This document shows positions 8,842-17,677 of a stretch of 64,000 bases of DNA, piece after piece. The notes below the pieces were generated by a model. That model did no database searches. It worked only from the letters and a program-made list of their open reading frames with translations, and was not told the DNA's origin. Positions within the stretch are counted from its first letter, which is position 1; each line of letters begins with the position of its first letter. Location: the IMG/VR virus record IMGVR_UViG_3300013121_000041, positions 1-64,000 of that record. One strand, written 5' to 3'. The stretch comes from a virus. Its lineage: Duplodnaviria > Caudoviricetes. A program made the translations under genes and the position numbers.

Positions 8842-10523
8842 GTATCCTGCACGACGTTCGTCACCGGAGTTCCGGCCCGCGCACCACCATCGCCGGTTGA
8901 AATCGGGATGATTTGGTTGGTCGAGGGGTTCATCGACGTCGTCGGGTTAGCGCCCGTCATCCCCCCACCACCATCGGGGTTCGTCGGTGTCGGTGTCGAC
9001 GGCGTCGTTGAAGAATTCGAACCGGAATCGCGGAGAGTTTGATATTGCTCTGGCTTGGTGTGAAACTGGTTCTTCACGCATTCCATGATCGTAATGTACT
9101 GCGACCCCGTCCCTGCGGACATCGCATGTCTGACGGCGGTGATGAAATAAGTTCCGGCGAGGTAGAGATTTTCCTTCTCCTTGGTCTTCTCGAACCGGGA
9201 AAATTCCGGGAACGTCACGTCGATGAGATCGCCGACGCGACGGGTGTTGTCTCCGGGGATCGTGATGTGCAGACGCACGTAGCCGAGGAGTGCCCCCGCA
9301 GCCGCCCGTTGCCCGAGTATCTGATACTTCAAGTCTGGGACCTGTTTTTCCGAATCGTGATTCGAGATGATGAAACGGAGGTGCGACTTGCCCTGCAAAT
9401 TATTCAATTCAGACTTCTCGAATATCGGCTTGCCGCCCTTTTCGTCGATGTGTTTGAGTTTGTCCCACCCGGTTTTGAAGTTCCATTTCGTCGTCTCATA
9501 CAGGGATTTCGCCGGATCGATGGTGATCACCTCATTGTCGAACGCCCCCTGCTTCACCTTTTCTTCGAGGTCGAATATCTTCTCGAAACGGTAGGCGTTG
9601 ACCTTCAACCACTCCTTCGGTTTTTCCGCTGATTGTGTTGGTGTGGTCCCCGTCCCGGTCCCAGCACCGTCGGCCCCGGTGCCAGTGCCACCCGTTCCAG
9701 AAGTGGGGTTAACGGTGCCCCCTCCATCGGCCCCGGCCGCTGCCGTCGGCGTCGCCGTGACGGGCGTCCCCTCCTGCGTCGCAGACGCAACGCTAGTTCC
9801 GGGGGACGGCTGTGGGGACGACGATCCTGCGGCCTCACTCCCCATCTTGTTCTTTTCGACGAGGGTGTACACGTCGAGTTTCTCCTTCGGTTTGTACATC
9901 CCCGCGAGGGCCTTGAAATAATACTTGTCTGCCGTGCCCCAGAAATAGAAATCCGACTCCTGATATTGTGGCGATTTCGATTCACGGCATAACATCTTAA
10001 TGGCGTCGGTCGGCCGAAGTGCCGGAATGACGATCGTCCGCTTTCCCTCCGTCTCATCGACCTCGATTTCAGAGATGCCCAGAAAATTCTTGGCGATCTC
10101 CTTCACCATGTTGGACGTCGGCATGTTCGCGTAGGACTTGCGGATGTGGGTCTGCCAGTCTCTCGGCGCTTCGGTGGCGACGACGTGCATCCGGTATTGC
10201 ACCGTGCGAACCTCCCGTTCGACCGTCAAATTTGTGATCGACGCCACCCTGAATTTCTTCTTGTACGGCTTCTTCTGGAATGCCGGGGAATCGACCTCGA
10301 AATCGACGTCCAGCGTCTCGTCGCCCGTCAACGGAAAAATGGTGAACAGCGATGACGCATCGAGGATGATCAGGTTTCCCGTCGGAAACGGCTGAAATAT
10401 GGACTCGTAGAAATTGAATTCGACGATCAGATTGGAGATGTCCGCCGAATCGTTCGTGTGCGGTGACGACATCACCATCTTCTTGATCTTGACGGAACCG
10501 ACCGAAACGCCTGCGTCAGCCAC
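8838..10523 (-). CDS. Putative baseplate hub protein (gp27-like)
   Basis: EFNFYESIF..GNLIILDA..PLTGDE, IPGD..RVGDLI..G.YFITAVRH hub motifs; between gp53 and gp5; two Gly/Thr/Ser/Pro-rich inserts. Confidence 0.6.
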   Translation of the reverse strand: MADAGVSVGSVKIKKMVMSSPHTNDSADISNLIVEFNFYESIFQPFPTGNLIILDASSLFTIFPLTGDETLDVDFEVDSPAFQKKPYKKKFRVASITNLTVEREVRTVQYRMHVVATEAPRDWQTHIRKSYANMPTSNMVKEIAKNFLGISEIEVDETEGKRTIVIPALRPTDAIKMLCRESKSPQYQESDFYFWGTADKYYFKALAGMYKPKEKLDVYTLVEKNKMGSEAAGSSSPQPSPGTSVASATQEGTPVTATPTAAAGADGGGTVNPTSGTGGTGTGADGAGTGTGTTPTQSAEKPKEWLKVNAYRFEKIFDLEEKVKQGAFDNEVITIDPAKSLYETTKWNFKTGWDKLKHIDEKGGKPIFEKSELNNLQGKSHLRFIISNHDSEKQVPDLKYQILGQRAAAGALLGYVRLHITIPGDNTRRVGDLIDVTFPEFSRFEKTKEKENLYLAGTYFITAVRHAMSAGTGSQYITIMECVKNQFHTKPEQYQTLRDSGSNSSTTPSTPTPTNPDGGGGMTGANPTTSMNPSTNQIIPISTGDGGARAGTPVTNVVQDT

Positions 10524-10526
10524 GGG

Positions 10527-11096
10527 TTACTTCCATATCCTGTTCTTTTCTTCCAAAATCTGATTGATGTAGGCCCCGTCGAGAATTTGAATGTGACGAA
10601 GTTCCTCGTTGCGGTTATATTCCCAGTCGTAATTATACACGACCCTCCGCTCGAAATCCGCGAGCGTGAGGTACGTCTCCTCGTCGCAGACGAGGGACCG
10701 TTCCGGGATAACGAGGCCGTCGTAACGGACGGATCGTTGCTGCCAGATGTATTCGTAATGATGGACGGTCTGTGTCGATTCCTCCATGCTCCCGTACTTA
10801 CCGACGAGATACTCTCCGAATTGGTCGTAATCGAGGGGCCACTGAAAATACGGGTCTAGGCGTTCGTTGAACATCATGATGATCCAATGATAATCGACCT
10901 TCCCGTAAATCTTATAGGCGACGTCCTCCGGTTTCTCCCCGTCTTTCACGTCGTAATCGAAGTAAATTTTCCCCCGCTTCAACACCGCCGACAGGGGGGT
11001 GAAACGCTTGAGAATATCGACCACGACGGAACGGGAACCGTCCTTGTTGACGTCGTACTCGATTTTCGGAAACCCATCGAAATAGACGGCCATCAC
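10527..11096 (-). CDS. gp53: Baseplate wedge subunit gp53
   Basis: YF..FPKIEY, YDVKDGEKPEDVAYKIYG..YHWII..N..DPYFQWP, HHYE, NEELRHI. Confidence 0.9.
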   Translation of the reverse strand: MMAVYFDGFPKIEYDVNKDGSRSVVVDILKRFTPLSAVLKRGKIYFDYDVKDGEKPEDVAYKIYGKVDYHWIIMMFNERLDPYFQWPLDYDQFGEYLVGKYGSMEESTQTVHHYEYIWQQRSVRYDGLVIPERSLVCDEETYLTLADFERRVVYNYDWEYNRNEELRHIQILDGAYINQILEEKNRIWK

Positions 11097-12085
11097 ATGC
11101 TCCCCGGAACATTAAACCCGGCGTAACCGGGGAGTTTTTCCTTCGTGACGATCTCCATTTCGGACAGCGCCAAGTTCAACTTCATGTATGCCGGAATTTT
11201 CGCCCCGTTCTTCTCGAAGTAAATTGGCGTCCCCTTGGCGTGGTAGTCGACGCTGACCGACGTGATGACACAATATCCGAAAGAAAACATGAAGGACGGG
11301 TCCGTGAATTCCGGTTTGTAGATATTGGGATATTCGAACAGGGCGTTTTGATACCCGCTCTTGTAAGACGGGTGCATCCCCAGTTTCAGGGAGTTGATCA
11401 GATCGCGAAGGGCCACGGATTCCTCATATGATTCCGGGAAGAAGTCCCATTCGAACGTGAAATTCCGGAGTTTCATCCCGGTGAACGACATGGCCACGAA
11501 CGGGTTACGGGCGACGCCCGCGTATATACCGAACATCTTACCGGCGTTCGTCGTCATAAGGGCGTCGGCCGCACCGATGAGGGAATTGTTTATCACGTCG
11601 GAACCGGCGCTCTTGATCTTGTCGAGTAAATTTGTGACGCCGCCGTCGTTCGCAGCACCGGAAACGGCGTTGATCACACTCTTGACTTCCGCCTGCGCGC
11701 CCTTGAGTGTCGATAACGCATTTACCCAGTCCCGGCCCTTGTCGAGCGTGTTCATCGCCGAATTGACGAAATATCCGAGGTCGACCCCAGACCATTCGGC
11801 GTCATACCGGGCCATCAGGCTCCCCGGAGGGACCGGAAGTTTGAAGACCCTGTTCGTCGGCTGTGCCGCCGCATAGGAGGCGGACGACGGCCTGACGTAA
11901 TTGAACTCGTTGAGGATGAACCACTGACCGGAATCCTCCTCGTAATGGGCGGGATATTGATAGGAGACGATGGCCGACGACCCGGTCGTACCCGTGCCGG
12001 TGGTGCCAGTGCCACCCGTTCCCCCGGTCGTCCCTCCGACCGTTTCTGAGATGACGGCATTCTGCGTGGTGGACATACCGCCCAT
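11093..12085 (-). CDS. gp48: Baseplate-tail tube cap gp48-like
   Basis: NPFVAMSFTGMKLRNFTFEWDFFPES..E, YP, CVITSVSVDY, L.LSEMEIVTK. Confidence 0.8.
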   Translation of the reverse strand: MGGMSTTQNAVISETVGGTTGGTGGTGTTGTGTTGSSAIVSYQYPAHYEEDSGQWFILNEFNYVRPSSASYAAAQPTNRVFKLPVPPGSLMARYDAEWSGVDLGYFVNSAMNTLDKGRDWVNALSTLKGAQAEVKSVINAVSGAANDGGVTNLLDKIKSAGSDVINNSLIGAADALMTTNAGKMFGIYAGVARNPFVAMSFTGMKLRNFTFEWDFFPESYEESVALRDLINSLKLGMHPSYKSGYQNALFEYPNIYKPEFTDPSFMFSFGYCVITSVSVDYHAKGTPIYFEKNGAKIPAYMKLNLALSEMEIVTKEKLPGYAGFNVPGSM

Positions 12086-12101
12086 TTTGCAAATTTCTCC
12101 G

Positions 12102-12127
12102 ATAAATAGAGTAGTTCTGTTATTTAT
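12102..12127. promoter_or_regulatory. Divergent pair of late promoters (ATAAATA on both strands)
   Basis: ATAAATA at 12102-12108 (+, toward gp4) and TATTTAT at 12121-12127 (-, toward gp48). Confidence 0.65.
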
Positions 12128-12142
12128 CGGAGATTTCGTAAA

Positions 12143-12595
12143 TTGAAACCGTCGCTCTCAGGAGGGGGAAAATATCGTCAGGGCATTTTCGCCCCGAAAC
12201 ACCCTGAGAAATACGTCGGCGATCCGTCCAACATCATCTTTCGAAGTAACCTCGAACGACGGTTCTTCAAACACTTCGACGAAAACCCCGACATCGTGGC
12301 GTGGGGGTCCGAGGAAATCCACATCCCCTACGTCAGCCCGATCGACGGACAGTGGCACAGGTACTTTGTGGACGTGATAATTAAGACGAGGGCCGGGAAA
12401 AAGTTCGTCGTCGAAATCAAACCGTGGGATCAATGCAAACCCCCCAAGCGGCCAAAGCGGATGACCTCGCGATGGAAAAAGGACGCCGTGACATACGCCA
12501 TCAATGAAGCAAAATGGTCGAGCGCCGACAATTTCTGCCAAAAGAACGGCATGGAATTCGTCATCCTGACTGAAAAAAACATCGGTGGTTGGTGA
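12143..12595 (+). CDS. gp4: Head completion nuclease gp4
   Basis: YRQG.F.PKHPEKYVGD..I.FRS..E..W.SEE..IPY.SP.D..HRYFVD..EIKP..N.AKW. Confidence 0.92.
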   Translation: MKPSLSGGGKYRQGIFAPKHPEKYVGDPSNIIFRSNLERRFFKHFDENPDIVAWGSEEIHIPYVSPIDGQWHRYFVDVIIKTRAGKKFVVEIKPWDQCKPPKRPKRMTSRWKKDAVTYAINEAKWSSADNFCQKNGMEFVILTEKNIGGW

Positions 12596-13242
12596 TGACC
12601 GCACTCAATCTCAGCGAATTGATGGATCGCGTCGAACGGGAGGGGCAGACCGCCAAATCCATGCGGACGCGCACGTCGATGGAATGGTTCGCTTCGACTA
12701 TCGGCAAGGAATTCGGCGGCAAGACGCGCGACAAGAGGAAGCGGGAACAGTTGGGATCGGACCTGATGCGATCGGAACCAGTTTATCTGACCGAAAACAT
12801 CCGCATGGGAAAAATGTTTTCCTATTTTTACGATCCTAAACTCAAGGCGACGCTCCCTTATTACGACATGTTTCCGCTCGTTTTCCCATTTGCCGATGCG
12901 AAGTCAGTCAGTGGAGAGAAAAGTTTTTTGGGGATAAATATTCACTATCTTCATCCCCGGCTCCGCGCACAGTTGATGGAAGCCCTCTACGAAACGGAGA
13001 CGAAGACGAAGTTCGCCGAAGGGAAACGGTTGCAGATCAGTTACGACATCCTCAAGTCGGCGTCACAATACACGTACTTCAAGCCGTGCGTCAAACAATA
13101 TCTCATCACACACGTTCGTTCCAAATTTCTGGAAATTCCATACGATGCGTGGCCGATCGCAGCGATGTTGCCGATGGCCCAATTCGCTAAACGTTCGGAT
13201 TCCGCCATCTGGGCCGAATCTTACAGAAAGGCGATGCGATGA
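12589..13242 (+). CDS. gp2: DNA end protector gp2
   Basis: GKMFSYFYDPKLKATLPYYDMFPL..FLGINIHYL..KPCVKQYL..HVRS. Confidence 0.92.
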   Translation: MVMTALNLSELMDRVEREGQTAKSMRTRTSMEWFASTIGKEFGGKTRDKRKREQLGSDLMRSEPVYLTENIRMGKMFSYFYDPKLKATLPYYDMFPLVFPFADAKSVSGEKSFLGINIHYLHPRLRAQLMEALYETETKTKFAEGKRLQISYDILKSASQYTYFKPCVKQYLITHVRSKFLEIPYDAWPIAAMLPMAQFAKRSDSAIWAESYRKAMR

Positions 13243-13294
13243 ATTTTTTCGCAATATTGGTCATCCTGACGGCGATCTATGAATGGAGTGCCGG

Positions 13295-13975
13295 ATGACG
13301 ACGTTCGCGGTATCAGATTTCTTCGCCTATCTCAATTCCGGTCAGGTTTCAGCGTCCACCGATTTTACGGTGATCGTATCGCGAAACCAGAATGCCACGA
13401 CGACGAACATGGCGACCAACGGACAGGCCCTCATGTACCGGACGGACTCCGTCAACCTCCCCGGACGGACGGTTTCGACGATGGACCACGTCGTCTATGG
13501 ACTGGCGACACCGATGGCCTACGGATCGCGGGTGTCAAACGAGATTACGACGACGGTTATCCTCTCGGAAGACCTGCGGGAAAAGCTGTACTTCGAACGG
13601 TGGATAGACGAGATCGTCGGTCCCTACCGGACGGTCGATCATGCAAAAAATATGTACGACATCAAGTACCTCAAGGATTACTCGGGGACGCTCCTCATTT
13701 CCGTGTACGACGCCAAGGCCAATTGCACGTATCAAATTACGTGTACCGATGCCTTCCCCGTCGAAATCGCCGACGGCAACCTCAGTTGGGCGCGCGGTAG
13801 TGAGGGCGGCGTCTCCCGTCTCACCGTCAAATATAAATTCAAGCGATACAAAGAATTGAATTCGACGGTCGGCAACGGGGCGGCGGAAGCTCCGCAATCC
13901 GAGTCGAATGCGACCGACCAATCGACGGCGACGGCGACGTCGCCCAACGCAACTCAAGCAGTAACACAGGATTGA
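13295..13975 (+). CDS. Baseplate-tail tube initiator gp54-like (gp19 family)
   Basis: SVNLPGR, YFERWID, AFPVEI..LSW tube-family motifs; RBS favours ATG 13295. Confidence 0.65.
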   Translation: MTTFAVSDFFAYLNSGQVSASTDFTVIVSRNQNATTTNMATNGQALMYRTDSVNLPGRTVSTMDHVVYGLATPMAYGSRVSNEITTTVILSEDLREKLYFERWIDEIVGPYRTVDHAKNMYDIKYLKDYSGTLLISVYDAKANCTYQITCTDAFPVEIADGNLSWARGSEGGVSRLTVKYKFKRYKELNSTVGNGAAEAPQSESNATDQSTATATSPNATQAVTQD

Positions 13976-13982
13976 CGTTATC

Positions 13983-14708
13983 ATGACCATGACACTCCCG
14001 AAGATCGTGACGCCCGAATGGACCACGACGCTCCCCCTGACGAACGTCGAAGTTCGTTACCGCCCCTACCTCGTGAAAGAGGAGAAGATACTCCTCACGG
14101 CGATGGAATCGTTCACAGGAGATAACGTCGCCGTCATCGGCGATGCCGTCAAACAGATCATCAAGAATTGCATCATCACGGCGATCAACGTCGATGACGT
14201 CCCGAATGTTGACGTCGAGTGGCTGTTCATCCAGATGCGCAAACATTCTGTCGGCGAGACGATCGATCTCAAGATCGAACACAAGGCCGGTGGTTGTGGT
14301 CACATCAACAAAGTCACCGTCCGCCTCGACGACGTCAAGTACGTCTGCCCGGAGGGACACGAGCGATCGATCAAGTTGACGGAAACCGCAGGTATCGTCA
14401 TGCGATACCCCGATCTGGGGAAGGCGATGAAGATCGCCGAGAGGAAAGATGCGACGGCCGCCGTATTCGACCTGATCATCGACTCCATCGACAAGGTGTG
14501 GGACGGTGACGATTTCGAAAGTGCGTCGAAGTTTTCCCGTGAGGAACTCAAGAATTGGGTCGAAACGTTCAACTCGGAGCAATTCCGCCAGATGACGAAG
14601 TTCTTCGAAACGATGCCGTCACTTCGGACGGAAATTAAATATACGTGTGAGAAGTGTGGCGTTGAAGAGACGATGGAGGTCAAGGGGGCCGGTGATTTTT
14701 TTATCTAA
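13983..14708 (+). CDS. gp26: Baseplate hub assembly protein gp26-like
   Basis: LPKIVTP..YRPYLVKEEKILL..D.EWLFIQMR..SVGE..MRYP..FFETMP..C..CG..G..DFF. Confidence 0.85.
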   Translation: MTMTLPKIVTPEWTTTLPLTNVEVRYRPYLVKEEKILLTAMESFTGDNVAVIGDAVKQIIKNCIITAINVDDVPNVDVEWLFIQMRKHSVGETIDLKIEHKAGGCGHINKVTVRLDDVKYVCPEGHERSIKLTETAGIVMRYPDLGKAMKIAERKDATAAVFDLIIDSIDKVWDGDDFESASKFSREELKNWVETFNSEQFRQMTKFFETMPSLRTEIKYTCEKCGVEETMEVKGAGDFFI

Positions 14709-14893
14709 GCCTCCTGCACGACAACCTCGCCAACCACTACCTGACGAATTTCGCGATGGTGGAGGGCGGGGCGTTCTCGCTGTCGGAATTGGACGCCCTG
14801 CTGCCATATGAAAAGGAAATCTACCTCCAATTCATGGTGGATCGAGCGAAACAGGCTCGCGAGGGAGAACAGCGGGAATCGTTCCCGCAGTAA
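14696..14893 (+). CDS. gp51: gp51-like C-terminal module in the -1 frame of gp26 (probably reached by frameshift)
   Basis: Not in the ORF track. The -1 frame reads FFYLSLLHDNLANHYLTNFAMVEGGAFSLSELDALLPYEKEIYLQFM..., matching the gp51 Y.TNF.M..SL.E...P.E.EIY pattern. Confidence 0.75.
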   Translation, partial: FFYLSLLHDNLANHYLTNFAMVEGGAFSLSELDALLPYEKEIYLQFMVDRAKQAREGEQRESFPQ

Positions 14894-14919
14894 GTACAGG
14901 CCACCGAGGATAAGGCACG

Positions 14920-16857
14920 ATGTTGGACGAACTGCCGCTGACGGAAAACTTCGACAAACAGACGATCAAGAATCTGTTGGATCGTCTTGATGCGACGACC
15001 GATAAGGTCGACGAGATGTTGGACGCCTCGGGCACAAACTTGGAGCACATCTCGAAGGCCGAAAAGGAGGCCCTCGAAGCCCTCCGCGCGGCGAGAACGT
15101 ACCTCATTGACATTTCCCAAGGGACTAAAAAAGACACCGATGCAAAAATCAACATCGTGACTAATTTTGTCAGGAGTGAGATTGAGAGTCTGGAAGAATC
15201 CTACAAAACGATTCAGGCGATGATCAATCCGTCTTTGATTTCACCACCAGAAACATCACAGCCGACGAAATCTCTGTTCGCTCAGGACGGTTCGAATCCA
15301 GTTTCCGACGTGGCCAAGGCGACCAACATCAAAACGACAGAGCAAACGTATTCCATCAACGTTCCTGAAAGTCTGGACGGACAGAAATCGGCCATCGCCG
15401 CCGTCCGCGAAGTCGATAAGAGCGGGTTCGTCGCCCCGATCGTTGAAAAGTTGAATGAGTTGATTCACGTCTTTACCGATGGCGTCGTCCGTTTTGCCGG
15501 GGACGTCGTCGATAAAGCAAAACCCTATCTTGAGGACATCAAAAAACAGACGGCCGAGATGAACTCCAAATTCGGAGAGATGGCCCGTCGGGTGTCTGGG
15601 CCGATCGTCAAAGCCCTACATCCTTACATAGAGGCCATGATGCCAGTCCTGACGCCACTCGGCAAGGCACTGTCGGCGCTCGGTCGATGGATGATCCCCA
15701 CCGAAATTCGAAAACCCCTCGGGATCAAAGGGGGGGCATTCGACAAGATCGCCGACTTCGGGCCGGAGGCGGCCAATGCTCTCGTGAAGAGGGCCGTCGG
15801 CCGAATCTTCGACGTCACCCTCGGTGCCATCGTCGCCACCATTAAAACTGCGTTCAGCGTTCCACTCCTCGCAGTCGCGGCCCCGATCGTCGCCGCAGAA
15901 CTCGCCAATTGGCTGATGGGATCGAAGGAAGCCAAGGCTGGTGAATCATCATCATTCTCAAAATTCGTCGCCGACCACCTCACGTCGATATTAGCTGGCG
16001 TCGCTGGCGTCGGTCTCGTCGTCGTCGCCGGGGCGTCTCTTCCGGTCATCATCGCGGGTGCCCTCGTCGGCGGTGCGATCGCCATCATCGGAAACATGGT
16101 CGGCAACTGGGCGGGCGGCGATGATTGGAAGACGGGCTTCGCCAAGGCCCTCGATAATGTCGGAACGTTATTCATGGGACACTGGAATCGTTTCCTGAAA
16201 TGGGCCGAAGACATCAAGCTGCCGACACTATCGACGATACTACCTAAGATGGAAGGTCTCGAATCGTGGAATACGTGGCTGAGGAACTTCCTACACCCGT
16301 CCCCTGAACTCATTACCGAGAGTGAGAGAAAAAAGGCCGAGGCCAATTCCGAAATTCTGTCTATCCAGAAACGACAGAACGACGAAAGTGTGGGGATGGA
16401 AAGGCGGGCACTCGATGGCCTCATGCACGTCGGTAAAATACTCGACGACGTCGTCCGATCATTTGAAAATATGGTCGTTGCGATCGGCACTATGGTCAAA
16501 AACGCCACCCTCAAAATTCTCGGTATGCAGCCAGCGGAACCGAAGACAGAGGGTCCGGCCAAACCCGTGACGATCGAAACGATGGTCGATTCCGAGGGGT
16601 TCATCAAGGGCACCCGCAATAAACTCGCACCGTCCGTCGTCGAACGTGGCGTCATCGACATATTGAGACAGAACACCCCACGATCCGCCGCCGCGAATGC
16701 GAGCGTCGTGTCAGCCCCGACGGTAGTTTCGGCCCCGACGTCGATCAATAATTCATCGTCGTTCGTCAATTCGTCGACTACCGTCACGACCGTCCAACCA
16801 CGACCATACGACAACATGTCTGATTACAGGTTCCGTATGCCAGCAACGCCGTTTTAA
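14920..16857 (+). CDS. Putative tape measure/baseplate hub protein (gp29-like)
   Basis: 645 aa, helical, central hydrophobic Ala/Gly/Val stretch, C-terminal SAPT..NNSS tract; follows gp26/51. Confidence 0.5.
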   Translation: MLDELPLTENFDKQTIKNLLDRLDATTDKVDEMLDASGTNLEHISKAEKEALEALRAARTYLIDISQGTKKDTDAKINIVTNFVRSEIESLEESYKTIQAMINPSLISPPETSQPTKSLFAQDGSNPVSDVAKATNIKTTEQTYSINVPESLDGQKSAIAAVREVDKSGFVAPIVEKLNELIHVFTDGVVRFAGDVVDKAKPYLEDIKKQTAEMNSKFGEMARRVSGPIVKALHPYIEAMMPVLTPLGKALSALGRWMIPTEIRKPLGIKGGAFDKIADFGPEAANALVKRAVGRIFDVTLGAIVATIKTAFSVPLLAVAAPIVAAELANWLMGSKEAKAGESSSFSKFVADHLTSILAGVAGVGLVVVAGASLPVIIAGALVGGAIAIIGNMVGNWAGGDDWKTGFAKALDNVGTLFMGHWNRFLKWAEDIKLPTLSTILPKMEGLESWNTWLRNFLHPSPELITESERKKAEANSEILSIQKRQNDESVGMERRALDGLMHVGKILDDVVRSFENMVVAIGTMVKNATLKILGMQPAEPKTEGPAKPVTIETMVDSEGFIKGTRNKLAPSVVERGVIDILRQNTPRSAAANASVVSAPTVVSAPTSINNSSSFVNSSTTVTTVQPRPYDNMSDYRFRMPATPF

Positions 16858-16968
16858 GGAGTTACAGATGATCGTCGACGTTTTTTTCGGAGCGCTGGTT
16901 GGCGGAAGTTGTGCTGCCATCACCGCCCTCATCATTATCTCAATTCGCAGGATCAGGAGCGGATCGAA

Positions 16969-17223
16969 ATGACGTGCGTTCATTTTATCGCCGCATCGTT
17001 ACCATGCGCCGTGCCGAAAGACGGTGAGTGGCACCGGACGTTTGCGTTGACGCCCGTCGTCGTGGACGCCTACTCACAAGAGGAACTGAAAACATTCGGC
17101 GGGTTCACACGAACCGTGTGGTTTAGCCCCGTCGAAGCCCGTCTCCATCGTTTCACCAACGATGATGGTGATGTGATTGAAAAATGGCGGTATCGCATTG
17201 TGAGGGAAAATGACGTTCCGTGA
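16969..17223 (+). CDS. Hypothetical protein
   Basis: MTCVHF.. after GGAG; stop overlaps the next start. Confidence 0.45.
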   Translation: MTCVHFIAASLPCAVPKDGEWHRTFALTPVVVDAYSQEELKTFGGFTRTVWFSPVEARLHRFTNDDGDVIEKWRYRIVRENDVP

Positions 17224-17677
17224 GTTCATAAAACCGAAGACCCTGTACGTCAAAAGGGCGGTCCTCAACGCCCGTGAAATTCGCCTATGGGCGCTTAATT
17301 CAGGCTTCGCGACGACGCTCCCTCCCGACGATCTTCACGTCACCATCGCATTCTCACGAACTCCGTTCGACTGGTCGGCGATTCCCCCCGATGAACGGGA
17401 GGTCATCGTTCCCCCCGCCAGCGATCGGATCGTCACTTTGTTGGGAGACGGTGGTGCCATCGTCCTAAAATTCAACTCCGACGTTCTGACGAAGGAATGG
17501 CGGTCATACCGCGATGCCGGTGCTTCGTGGGATTTCCCCGAATATCAACCCCACATGACGATCAGCTATTCCAAAATGCCGTCCGACCTCTCACCGTGGA
17601 CTGGCGAAATTCGTCTAGGCCCGCAGAAATTCGCCGAGGTCGACGAAAATTGGAAAGACGCCGTCAAGGAAATCTGA
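17210..17677 (+). CDS. 2H phosphoesterase, gp57B/Acb1-like (putative anti-CBASS nuclease)
   Basis: Two HxT motifs (LHVTIAFSR, YQPHMTISY) and GASWDFPEY, typical of Acb1/gp57B. Confidence 0.82.
   Translation: MTFREFIKPKTLYVKRAVLNAREIRLWALNSGFATTLPPDDLHVTIAFSRTPFDWSAIPPDEREVIVPPASDRIVTLLGDGGAIVLKFNSDVLTKEWRSYRDAGASWDFPEYQPHMTISYSKMPSDLSPWTGEIRLGPQKFAEVDENWKDAVKEI

Noticed and set aside
15288-15300. GGTTCGAATCC tRNA T-loop-like sequence
   Set aside because: Inside a coding region, with no cloverleaf or CCA. No tRNA genes were recognised in the window.
17497-17676. N-terminal extension of the terminase given in the ORF track
   Set aside because: It overlaps the Acb1-like gene; the gp17-like sequence begins at ATG 17677.
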